This document shows positions 51,687-61,238 of a stretch of 64,000 nucleotides of DNA, one piece after another. The stretch's first letter is position 1; each line of letters opens with the position of its first letter. Source of the stretch: Candidatus Latescibacterota bacterium (lineage in GTDB: Bacteria; Latescibacterota; UBA2968; SICM01); the NCBI GenBank assembly GCA_965217865.1, contig CBDCJO010000001.1:352001-416000 (forward strand), read 5' to 3'. The position numbers were made by a program, and so were the translations under genes. The notes below the pieces were generated by a model. The model had not been told where the DNA came from. It saw only the letters and a list, made by a program, of their open reading frames with translations, and did not search any database.

Positions 51687-51896
51687 GAACCATCCTTTCA
51701 GAATTGAATCCGAATCGTGAATCCACGGCTCCCTACAGGGAATCGGTGAAGGGGAAGCCAGCCAAATGACGTGAGGTCAGGACATGAAAGATGATCGAGG
51801 AACACCGAAATTTAACAAAGGCCCGAAACAGTGTCAATATACAGTTCGGGGGGCAGAATTGACAAAAATAGCGCGATATGATAAATTTACCTCGCG

Positions 51897-52592
51897 ATGC
51901 GATATATTCTTCTATTCTCCGCGTCTCTGCTTATAGCAGGTTGCAGCATTATCGATAGGCAGGGGTCCCCTCAAGTCCAAGATCTGACGACCAGCCTTGG
52001 TGAAGAATCCACCGTGGGTCGAGGGAAACAGGTGGTTGTGACAATTTTTGCAACGGATGCAGACAACGATGAGTTGGACTTCACCTGGACAGCTATCTCA
52101 TTGAGCGATGAAACCAATGACAGCGGAAAGTTCCTTAATCCCAGGACGAGCATCCCCCCGCAGGATACTCTGATCGGGGTCTTCCAGGATACGATTTCGA
52201 TTATCTGGGAAGCTCCATCAATCCCGGATGTCTACCTCCTTCAACTTCAGATAACAGACGGCAGGAACACCTTTACGGATTCCCTGCTGGTGGAGGTCAC
52301 CCAGCGTCCTCCTTCAGCACACGCGGGTCTGGATCAGCGTATCGATTTTATGGATGGGGGATCTGTTACTCTGAACGGGACAGGGAGCACGGACCCGGAT
52401 GAAGACGACCTCATCTATAGCTGGCTGCAGATAAACGGGCCGGATGTCACGCTTGTCGGGCATGGTGCCCAACCGTTCTTTACGCCTCTTGCCGCCGGCG
52501 ACTATGTCTTTAGACTCAGGGTCTACGACACGGCCGATTCAAGTAATGTCTCATTTGTGATTGTTCGAGTAAGCGACAGGGGAGGGGGATAG
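51897..52592 (+). CDS. PKD/Ig-like domain lipoprotein
   Basis: LIAGC lipobox, AHAGLDQ..TLNGTGSTDPD..YSWLQ..YVFRLRV. Confidence 0.8.
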   Translation: MRYILLFSASLLIAGCSIIDRQGSPQVQDLTTSLGEESTVGRGKQVVVTIFATDADNDELDFTWTAISLSDETNDSGKFLNPRTSIPPQDTLIGVFQDTISIIWEAPSIPDVYLLQLQITDGRNTFTDSLLVEVTQRPPSAHAGLDQRIDFMDGGSVTLNGTGSTDPDEDDLIYSWLQINGPDVTLVGHGAQPFFTPLAAGDYVFRLRVYDTADSSNVSFVIVRVSDRGGG

Positions 52593-52604
52593 GGTATTCA
52601 TCCC

Positions 52605-53915
52605 TTATGTTTTTGGTTTCGTCCTGATTGCCAACCCCAGGAAGGTCCAGAAAAGGACGGCCACCGCCGGGATGTGTAAGGGATAACTGACCGTTACGTA
52701 GATCAGGATCGCGGAGATTGTCGAAAGAAACCCCAGACGGAGAAGCCGGTCCTCCCTCTCTTCGATACCGTGTACCCTGTGCCAGGCTTTCAGGAAGAGA
52801 TGGGCCAAGAGGGAAAGGAACAGAAGGAGGCCCGGAAGACCGATTTCGGCACCCATTTGCAGGTAATCGTTGTGGGCGTGTTTAACGTTTTCGGTTTTCA
52901 TGTCAGTATCCAGGCGGTCGAATCTCTCTGTCTTCCGAAGCATGAGATCCCGGAATTCGGGATAGGCATCGCTGAAAAAACCGGGTCCCACACCCAGGAT
53001 CGGATTCTCGGTCATCATGGATCGGGCTGATGACCAGATCAGGTAACGGTGTCCGACACTGGTGCCACCAACGACCTCCGGACGAACGATCTCTCGAGAA
53101 CTCAAAAAGCGTTCCGGTATAGAGATTGCCGACGGCACCCTGAAGGGATTCGGAACAGAATATATTATCGTGATCGCGGTGAGAATGGGCAGGGTTGTCA
53201 GTATCCATACCCGATTCTCTGAGAAGACCTTGAACAAACCGAACCGCCAGGCCCCGATCAAAACGAAGCCCCCTGTAAAGATTCCCGCCCACCACGCTCC
53301 TCGACTTCCCGACATGAGAAAACAGGTATAGATCAGTATCGTCGCTCCTTCGGTACATATTTTGTGGGGGGTCCCGAGCTTCGATAACAGCAAGGTGATT
53401 CCAAGCGGAAGAACCGCACAGAGAAAAATGCCCAGGTCGTTCGGGTTGGAAAACGTAGATACGATTCTGCCCGGAAATGGAGATTCCGGGACCCACAGAC
53501 CATAATACTCAGCGATTCCCAGGGTCGAGACCCAGGCCCCGCTAAAGACAGCCACCAGAGCAAGGGGGAAGTTGAGCCGCCCACTGCTCCCGGCTGCGAT
53601 GAAGGGCAAGATCAGGAAGGCGGTGAACAACAAGACGTTCCGGATTCCTTTCGGTAGTTCCGGAGAGGCGACGGCGGCTGCCGTGTGCCAGGCAAGAAAA
53701 CACAGGACGAAAGCCCACGTCAGACGATCCGTTCGCGAAGGTTTTGGGATACCAGGTAGGAGAAGTGCCCAGAGCAAAAGGGACAGACCCAAAAGCCAGA
53801 GGCTTTCCGCCTTCCAACCGGACGTTCGAGAGAGCAATGGGGCGATGAAGTAGAGGAAACATACCCCGGCCGCGGAGACACGGGCAAGGGGATGAGATTG
53901 GCTGAATCGGATCAT
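52605..53915 (-). CDS. O-antigen ligase family membrane protein
   Basis: STFSNPN, SGSRGAW, NPILGVGPG, HAHNDYLQ..EIG. Confidence 0.9.
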   Translation of the reverse strand: MIRFSQSHPLARVSAAGVCFLYFIAPLLSRTSGWKAESLWLLGLSLLLWALLLPGIPKPSRTDRLTWAFVLCFLAWHTAAAVASPELPKGIRNVLLFTAFLILPFIAAGSSGRLNFPLALVAVFSGAWVSTLGIAEYYGLWVPESPFPGRIVSTFSNPNDLGIFLCAVLPLGITLLLSKLGTPHKICTEGATILIYTCFLMSGSRGAWWAGIFTGGFVLIGAWRFGLFKVFSENRVWILTTLPILTAITIIYSVPNPFRVPSAISIPERFLSSREIVRPEVVGGTSVGHRYLIWSSARSMMTENPILGVGPGFFSDAYPEFRDLMLRKTERFDRLDTDMKTENVKHAHNDYLQMGAEIGLPGLLLFLSLLAHLFLKAWHRVHGIEEREDRLLRLGFLSTISAILIYVTVSYPLHIPAVAVLFWTFLGLAIRTKPKT

Positions 53916-55149
53916 GGTCGTTGTTTTAAAAAATGCGTGTTATCTGATCGTCGAGAAGGGCGCTCTGCTCCTATCCGGCCTTGTCATTCTGGTATTGGTC
54001 GGCCGATGGACCGGGATGGAGGGACTGGGAAGGTATACCTTCGTCGTAAGTCTCGCCTCTATGATGATGCCCTTGCTCGACATCGGGCTCAACAGCCGTA
54101 TCGTGAAGGGAATCGCAGGGGGGAACCCGGAATCATCTGTCTGGCGGGCATATGCGGTCAAGATCAAGCTTGCTGCGGCTCCCGTAGCAATCTGTCTGCC
54201 GATCCTTTTCGGCTTGTGGACAGGCCGGGACCCGGATGTGATTATTGGGTTGTTCATTTTCGGGATGTCCTCAGTTGCGATGAGCCTCGGCGACTTGGCC
54301 AACGCCGTCTTCAAGGGGCGGGAGCGGATGGGCTACAGCGCCTGGGTCACCTTGCTCTGGAACGGCCTTCTCCTGCTCGGATGTTGGGTCGCGCTCGTCT
54401 GGGGGTGGGGTCTGATCGGTCTGACGTCAGCGTTCCTGGTTGCGAGGACTTTCTACGCCTTCCTGGCTTCATCTCTCTCTCGCCTGATTTATCCACCCAC
54501 TGCGGCCGACCTCCACACAGGTGGCATGGCCGATCTTCTCCGTAAAGGCATCCTGAGTTTCCCCGCCTCGTATTTCCTTCTCGGCCTTCTCAACCTCAGC
54601 CTGGTTCTGGTCACTTTGTGGGGCGGCAATCGTGAGGGCGGTCAGTTTGCCCTGGGTCAAAGGCTTTTGGCGGCGATGTTCATTGTGGCCTCAGGCGGGA
54701 TCGAAGCGACCTTTCCCGCCTTATCCCGTCGCTTTTCCCGGAATTCCAATGATTTTGTGCGCCCCCTGATCCGTGCAACCGGAGCCCTGGCCATCATCAG
54801 CATCTTGTCATCCACAGTTGCATACAGCCTGGCCGAACCTGCGGTCTCCCTTTTATTCGGACCTGTTCCAGAGGCCGTATCTATCATCCGTGTGATGGTC
54901 TGGGCGGTTCCGCCCTTCGCGCTGTGCGCCTTGTTTCACTATGCGCTTGTGGCCTCCGACCGGGAACGGTCCGCCTTCCTCTGGATGAGCATCCTGACAG
55001 CGTCAGGGGCCGTCGTGAACGCCACGGGTGTGTGGCGGTGGGGAATGCTTGGGGGAGGGATCACCCTGATCGTGTGGGGAACCGTGTGCGCGATCGTCCT
55101 TGCGTCGTTATTATGGAGATCGCATCGCAGGTCGAAGACCCAGGTTTAG
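53914..55149 (+). CDS. Oligosaccharide flippase (Wzx-like)
   Basis: Polytopic protein; KNA..,LGRY..DIGL, FPALSR. Confidence 0.8.
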   Translation: MVVVLKNACYLIVEKGALLLSGLVILVLVGRWTGMEGLGRYTFVVSLASMMMPLLDIGLNSRIVKGIAGGNPESSVWRAYAVKIKLAAAPVAICLPILFGLWTGRDPDVIIGLFIFGMSSVAMSLGDLANAVFKGRERMGYSAWVTLLWNGLLLLGCWVALVWGWGLIGLTSAFLVARTFYAFLASSLSRLIYPPTAADLHTGGMADLLRKGILSFPASYFLLGLLNLSLVLVTLWGGNREGGQFALGQRLLAAMFIVASGGIEATFPALSRRFSRNSNDFVRPLIRATGALAIISILSSTVAYSLAEPAVSLLFGPVPEAVSIIRVMVWAVPPFALCALFHYALVASDRERSAFLWMSILTASGAVVNATGVWRWGMLGGGITLIVWGTVCAIVLASLLWRSHRRSKTQV

Positions 55150-55919
55150 CGCAAAAGATTCCGCAGCCGAGACCAGACACTCTGTCCATTACCCTCCGTC
55201 CTATCCGTGGTATCCCCCAGAGCCCTCATCTGATGTCTCTCCCACAGCTTCCGAATCTCGATAACGGTTGCGGCTGTCAACCCCCCGTGAGGCATCAGAC
55301 CGACGCTATCCTGGAAACGCTTGATGGCCTCTTTCACCTCCTGGGTCAGAACTCCGTCAACCTGTCCGTGGTAATATCCGAGGGACCGGAGGATCGTCTG
55401 GATCTCATACGTGTACTCCGGACCGACCGGCAGGTCCGCCGGGGGTGCTTCGGATCGGTGGATCATATCCATAGGGGGACAAAGGCCTGTGCGGATCATG
55501 ATTCCTTCATAGATACAAAAAGCCATTGAGAGGATGGCGAAAAGGGAGATCAAGGCAAAAGGGAAAGTGAGCGAGGTGTGAACGATATGGGGATCGAACA
55601 ATTTGTTCACACAGATCCCGTAAAGCAGGAGTCGAACCCCGGCAAAGATGATCGGAGCGGTATAAGGGATCATAATCGGTGTGCCGTGCCTCCGAAAACG
55701 CCAGGCCATAAATAGCGTGTAGAGATCCATCCAGAGGGCGGCGAGGTGGAGGTCCACCAGGCCCTTTATGATCCGTCCGTGCGCCTCTTCCTGGGCCCCC
55801 CACCCGATTAAGGCGGCCATCAGGAGCACCCCGATCCCGGGCCCAAAGGGTGCGACGAATCCTGTCGTAAAGGAAGGCCGCGGGGATTGCGGTTCAGGGG
55901 GGTTTTCGTAACGGTTCAT
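55146..55919 (-). CDS. Membrane protein with a C-terminal peptidoglycan-binding domain
   Basis: About 4 TMs, then IQTILRSLGYYHGQVDG..AIKRFQ...GL. Start at MNRYEN. Confidence 0.78.
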   Translation of the reverse strand: MNRYENPPEPQSPRPSFTTGFVAPFGPGIGVLLMAALIGWGAQEEAHGRIIKGLVDLHLAALWMDLYTLFMAWRFRRHGTPIMIPYTAPIIFAGVRLLLYGICVNKLFDPHIVHTSLTFPFALISLFAILSMAFCIYEGIMIRTGLCPPMDMIHRSEAPPADLPVGPEYTYEIQTILRSLGYYHGQVDGVLTQEVKEAIKRFQDSVGLMPHGGLTAATVIEIRKLWERHQMRALGDTTDRTEGNGQSVWSRLRNLLR

Positions 55920-55927
55920 GGTATTTG

Positions 55928-55956
55928 AAACGTCAAACGTCAAACGTCAAACGTCA
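55928..55956. repeat. Heptamer repeat (AAACGTC)x4
   Basis: Read directly. Confidence 0.85.
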
Positions 55957-56146
55957 AAACGGAGACGGCAGAATAAAGACGTGGCCCGAGAATCGTCAAA
56001 TCAGTCGGGCGTCGTGGGGCAAGATCGTGAATCGTGAAAAATACCAATTTAAAAAACTTGCATTATTTTATCGCGCGTTATGGCCAAAAGCAAGGGTTAA
56101 ATGGTTTAAATTCGACTCCCATTGCCCAAATTCTGAGGTATGAAAG

Positions 56147-57975
56147 GGGGACCCTTGCCGTTGCGCTGTTCGGCGATGAAGCCCTTCTGGGGACGGGCCT
56201 GGGATTTGGGGCACAGCTCCAGGCCCAACTATTGGGCGTTCTGAGTTGTTTTGTATGGTCATTCGGTGTCACCTACGTGATCCTGAGTACGCTTAACCGA
56301 TTCCTTCCTTTCCGCGTTTCTCTGGAGGAGGAGCAGATCGGGCTGAACGTCTCGGAGCACGGCGCAACCACGGATCTTCTGGATCTTTTTGTGGTGATGG
56401 ACCAGCAGTCGAAGACCGGGGATTTGAGCCTTCGGGTGCCGGTGGAGCCGTTTACCGAGGTGGGGCAGATCGCGGAACGATACAACCAGGTGATGGGCGC
56501 ACTGGAGAATGCGATCAGAAGAACAGAGGCGATCGTGAGAACGACGATGGACGGTATTGCGACATTTTCAAAGAGGTCGCTTGAGATTCTCACCTTGAAT
56601 CCCGCTGCCGAGTCGATGTTCGGCCATACCGCGGACCAGGCTTTGGGTCTGCCTGTCGCGCGGCTTTTCGAGTCGGCCCAGGGGAGATCGGAAGGATCCC
56701 CTTCCGGGTCGATCGAATCGACGATCTCTGAGCTTGCCGGGGTCGAAACGTATCACGAAATGACGGGATGCCGGGGGGACGGCTCAACTTTTCCGATGGA
56801 AGTGATGGTGACGGAGTCGAAATCGGATGAGGAGTCTTTTTGGGTCGGGACCTTTCGAGATATCACGGAGCGCAAACGCCAGGAAGAGGCGATGCGGCTG
56901 ATTGTCGAGGGAACTTCCAAATCGACGGGTGAAGATTTCTGTCGCTCTCTTGTTCGGCATCTGGGCGCGGTCCTACACGTTCGTAACGCCGGGCTTTCGG
57001 AGGTTACAGACGCCACGTGCAAACGTCTGCGTCTTGTCGCCCAGTGGAGCTCGGCCAATTGCGAGGAGGTCCACGAATACGATGTGGCCGGTACACCGTG
57101 TGAAACGGTAATCGGACAGGACTCACGTTTCTATCCTGAGGGAGTCCAGTCCCTTTTTCCTGAAGACGTTTATCTTGTCGATCAAGGCATCGAAAGTTAC
57201 TGGGCCGTTCCCCTGTATGATACCCGGAAACTTCCGCTGGGCCATCTATACGTGATGGATAACAGACCCATGGAGAAAGCGCCCTGGCGCGAATCGATCC
57301 TCAAGATCTTCGCCGCCCGCGCGGCTGCGGAATTGGAACGGATCCAGGTCGAGAAGGCGTTGAAGAATGCCAAAGAGGGCGCGGAGGGGGCCAACCGGGC
57401 CAAGAGCGTGTTTCTTGCGAACATGAGCCATGAACTTCGCACCCCCCTCAACGCCATCCTGGGCTTTTCTCAGTTGATGACCCGGAATAAGGGACTCACG
57501 GCCGAACAACATGAGAACTTGAAGGTCATCGGCCGTAGCGGTGAACACCTTTTGACCCTGATCAACGACGTGCTCGATATGTCAAAGATCGAAGCAGGGC
57601 AGATCGTGCTGAACGAGGAGGACTTCAACCTGTATCGTCTTCTGGATAACCTGGAAGAGATGCTCGGTCTCCGTGCGAAGGATAAAGGCCTTCGGTTGAT
57701 CCTGGACCTGGAACCGAGCGTGCCTCAATCTATACGAACGGATGAGAGCAAGCTTCGGCAGGTGCTGATCAACCTGGTTGGGAATGCGATCAAGTTCACC
57801 GAAGAGGGAGATGTGGCCCTGCGTGTGGGCTTTCGGAAAGCGGACTCGGACACCCGCCTGATATTTGAGGTTGAAGATTCGGGGCCGGGAATTGCAGCAG
57901 AAGAGATGAATGTCCTGTTCGACGCCTTCGTCCAGACGGCTTCGGGTCAGAAGAAGCAGGAGGGAACGGGCCTAG
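56147..57975 (+). pseudogene. Remnant of an Amt-fused PAS/GAF histidine kinase, truncated at both ends
   Basis: Amt C-terminal helices GTLAVALF..QLLG..RVSLEEEQIGLNVSEHG, then PAS, GAF and FLANMSHELRTPLN. Cut at EGTGL by the IS. Confidence 0.8.
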
Positions 57976-59501
57976 CAGCCCGTTGAAGAACTACCTTTCA
58001 ACGCACATAAACGGAAAAGACGCCTGGAGTGCGGGTCAGATAAATCAAGGTAAGGAGATTGAGCAGGAGACGCTGATAAGAGGTTAAAAAGGTGACCGAG
58101 GGCAGCAAACGTGATTGTAGGACGAGCAGTAGACGCTGCAAGGCCTTGGCCAGGTCCTGGAGGGCCTTCGGAGTACCTACGCCCATCACTTTGCGCATGA
58201 GCAGAGCCAGGTTGCAGCCCCCGATGTGGATCAGCAAACGCTTGAGGATATTGCCGCGGTCTCTCAAGTGCAACCTGCGCATGCCACCGGTATCATATGT
58301 GTGAGCGATGGTTCTTTCCACCCGTTCTGCACGACTTCGGCGCAAGGCCTTGCCGCGATCTCCCTTGATCCGGCGTCGATTCGCATATACCGCGGCCTGC
58401 TCATCTCGTCGGCCGTTCCACTTGCGGCGTCCCCGATCCGGTTCTGAAATGTAACTCCGGATGCCGCCTTGCTTCAGACTGGTCAATACATCGTTGCTAT
58501 GATATCCTTTGTCCGCAACCACCTCCCGTATACGCTGTCTGTGCAAACGTTTGGCAGCTTTTTCGTCCTTCGCGACCTGCTTGAGATTGAGCGGCGCCTC
58601 GAGCAGCGTCCAGGGCAACGACTCGGTATCTCCTTCATCTGCTCCCGACAACGCCACTGCCACAATGGCATTGGTGTCCAGATCCACCGCGTGCTCCACC
58701 TTGTGCGCCATGTGCGTGCGACCGTCCTTCATCTTAGCGATCTTGGCATCCGGGTCGTGCGGGTGCTCCCAGTCCTGGTTCGATCCCTTCTTCGGTCGCT
58801 TCTTATCGATCTTGGACAAGTCCTCGCGGGTAGGCGTTTCAATGCCCGAGGCCTTGGCCAGATTCTCAAGGAATGCCTGGTAGCCTTCACCCGTGTCACG
58901 GCGTACAATGCTGCGCATCGCGGCGTTGGCCTCCAGTGTCGTAGCATCCACGCCCAACGTCTTCCCCTTCACCAGACCCGCTTTGCACAAGACCCTCAGG
59001 ATCCACTTGAAAACCGCTTCGTGAACTTCCAAGGGAAGCCGATGCCGGATGCGAGACAGGCTGGAATGATCCGGGGTCTGTTCGTCAAGGGCATACCCCA
59101 AAAACCGGCGCAACGTCAGCGAGTCAGATACACGCCATTCGATCCCACGTTCCGAATCAAGTCCCTCGAAATACCCAATCAAAAGCATCCGAAAATAAAC
59201 CCCGGGCGGAATGCCCTTGCGACCCATATGAGGAGCGTAATACCGCTGGCAAAGCCCCTCGACGAACTCGTCGAAGCCGTTCGCCCCCAATACCTGATTC
59301 AGCTTCTCGTAGAACGGATGACCCGGAGATTTCACCAAAGTGTTCGATGCGATGAACAGGTTTTCCTGTCTCTGTCGTCCTCGTTTTCCCATTGCCATTT
59401 GCTCGTCCTCCCTTCTCAGTTTGAACCTGATATATCATAGGACCAAACCACAAGGAAAGACAACAGTCATCTTGGCATAAACGCACTTTTTCAACAGGCT
59501 G
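57976..59501 (-). mobile_element. IS5/IS1182-type insertion sequence, copy 2 (inverted)
   Basis: Same 1526 bp, with CTAG at 57972-57975 and 59502-59505. At least 3 substitutions versus copy 1. Confidence 0.92.
57998..59398 (-). CDS. DDE transposase (copy 2)
   Basis: Identical to copy 1 except LEAQL->LEAPL. Confidence 0.92.
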   Translation of the reverse strand: MAMGKRGRQRQENLFIASNTLVKSPGHPFYEKLNQVLGANGFDEFVEGLCQRYYAPHMGRKGIPPGVYFRMLLIGYFEGLDSERGIEWRVSDSLTLRRFLGYALDEQTPDHSSLSRIRHRLPLEVHEAVFKWILRVLCKAGLVKGKTLGVDATTLEANAAMRSIVRRDTGEGYQAFLENLAKASGIETPTREDLSKIDKKRPKKGSNQDWEHPHDPDAKIAKMKDGRTHMAHKVEHAVDLDTNAIVAVALSGADEGDTESLPWTLLEAPLNLKQVAKDEKAAKRLHRQRIREVVADKGYHSNDVLTSLKQGGIRSYISEPDRGRRKWNGRRDEQAAVYANRRRIKGDRGKALRRSRAERVERTIAHTYDTGGMRRLHLRDRGNILKRLLIHIGGCNLALLMRKVMGVGTPKALQDLAKALQRLLLVLQSRLLPSVTFLTSYQRLLLNLLTLIYLTRTPGVFSVYVR

Positions 59502-60998
59502 CTAGAGGTCGAGCAGTCCGGGGAGTCGATCATGATCACGGACCTGGAAGGCGTTCTTGTTTACGTCAACCCAGCATTCGAGAAAATCACGGGATACTCC
59601 CGGGAAGAAACAGTGGGCAGGAATCCCCGGTTCCTCAAGAGCGAGAAGCACGACGCGGCTTTTTACCAGGGGCTCTGGGATACGCTTGCCTGGGGGGAAT
59701 CCTGGTCGGGTCATTTTATCAACAAGCGCAAGGACGGAACCCTTTTTGAGGAGGAGGCGGTCATTTCTCCCATTCGAGACCCGGATGGACAGACCGTTAA
59801 TTATGTGGCGGTCAAACGGGACGTCACCAGGGAGGTCTCGCTTCAGGAGCAGCTTCAGCAGGCCCAGAAGATGGAGGCGGTGGGGACGCTGGCGGGAGGG
59901 GTGGCGCACGACTTCAACAATCTGTTGACCACCATTATCGGTTACGCACAGATCGCCCTGTTGGACGAAAATTTGAAAGGCCAGACGCGGAAAAACATCA
60001 CGAGGATCCCGGAACAGGGCCAGCGGGCGGCGAAGTTGATCTCCCAGCTTTTGACATTCAGCCGGCAGATGATAGTCGATCACCAGCCCATGCAGCTTCT
60101 CTACCTGGTCAAGGAGACCTCCAAGATATTGGGACGTACGATCCCCGAAAATATTTCGATCCGGACGAGGTGGACGGGCGAAGTAGCCTTGATTGAGGCC
60201 GACCCGACGCAAATGCAGCAGGTCATCCTGAACCTGTGCTTGAATGCGAGCCACGCGATGCCGAGGGGAGGGGAAATGACTCTGGGCATTGAACATGCGA
60301 CTCTGGATGCGGAATATTGTCATCAATATGCCCACGCCCGCCCCGGGAACTACGTCTGCCTCTGGGTTCAGGACACCGGGATGGGGATGACCCGCGAGTT
60401 GCAGGAACATATCTTCGAGCCCTTTTTCACCACGAAGAAGGTGGGGAAGGGAAGCGGGTTGGGCCTGTCGATGGTCTACGGTATCGTGAAGGCTCATCAA
60501 GGGTTTATCCATGTGTACAGCGAAGAGGGGGTCGGGAGCAATTTCAAGGTCTATCTTCCGGTAGCGGATAGTAGTGTGGCCCTGGCCGAGGCAGTGGATG
60601 ATCAGCCAGAGGGGGGGACGGAGACGCTTTTGCTGGTGGAGGATGAGGAGGCGGTCCGAAAGGTCGAAAATGAGATGCTGAAGACCTTCGGGTACTCGGT
60701 CCTGACGGCGGAGAACGGGGAAGAGGCGCTTAAGATCTATCGTTCGCATTCGGAAGAGATCGCCCTGGTGCTATCGGATATGGTGATGCCGAAGATGGGG
60801 GGGCGAGAACTCTACGGTGCCCTGGTCACTATCAACCCTGAGGTAAAGGTGGTTCTGATGAGCGGCCACGGAATGCGGGAGGATGTAGCCGAACTCCGTG
60901 CCATCGGGTTGAAGGAATTTGTGGATAAACCTCTGGATTTCAACAAGCTGGGGAAGGCCGTCAGGGAAGCTCTAGACGGAAAAGCAGTGGCAACTTAA
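59502..60998 (+). CDS. PAS-HisKA-HATPase-REC hybrid kinase, 5'-truncated by the IS
   Basis: The frame runs from the IS edge: LEVEQSGESIMITD.., AHDFNN, KGSGLGL, REC. Confidence 0.88.
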   Translation, partial: LEVEQSGESIMITDLEGVLVYVNPAFEKITGYSREETVGRNPRFLKSEKHDAAFYQGLWDTLAWGESWSGHFINKRKDGTLFEEEAVISPIRDPDGQTVNYVAVKRDVTREVSLQEQLQQAQKMEAVGTLAGGVAHDFNNLLTTIIGYAQIALLDENLKGQTRKNITRIPEQGQRAAKLISQLLTFSRQMIVDHQPMQLLYLVKETSKILGRTIPENISIRTRWTGEVALIEADPTQMQQVILNLCLNASHAMPRGGEMTLGIEHATLDAEYCHQYAHARPGNYVCLWVQDTGMGMTRELQEHIFEPFFTTKKVGKGSGLGLSMVYGIVKAHQGFIHVYSEEGVGSNFKVYLPVADSSVALAEAVDDQPEGGTETLLLVEDEEAVRKVENEMLKTFGYSVLTAENGEEALKIYRSHSEEIALVLSDMVMPKMGGRELYGALVTINPEVKVVLMSGHGMREDVAELRAIGLKEFVDKPLDFNKLGKAVREALDGKAVAT

Positions 60999-61104
60999 TC
61001 GTCTGAACGGGAATATTGAAATCGTAGACTAAAAAAAAGTGATCTTCATCGCAGCGGATCTTTTGACTCTCGACATCCTTGATCGTGAGGGATTGATGAT
61101 GAAA

Positions 61105-61211
61105 TTATAACTTTCTTAATCCCACCTTGTCCCCCTCGAACGCTCAGGCTCCGATGTCTATTCCGAGCCGTGGACTCCTTCCGCCAGCGACCTGTGCCAG
61201 GTCAAGGAGTT
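61105..61211 (-). repeat. 107-bp repeat, copy 2
   Basis: Reverse complement of 46214-46320. Confidence 0.9.
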
Positions 61212-61238
61212 TCTCGAAAATTCCATTTTCCATTTTCC

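Noticed and set aside
56034-56146. N-terminus MKNTNLKNL... of the 650-aa ORF
   Set aside because: AT-rich intergenic-like sequence that is fortuitously in frame with the Amt remnant.
3903-60749. Long antisense ORFs (3903-4982, 11897-12916, 31543-32661, 42356-43498, 43633-44604, 58469-59440, 59502-60749)
   Set aside because: Shadow ORFs opposite well-supported genes in high-GC DNA.
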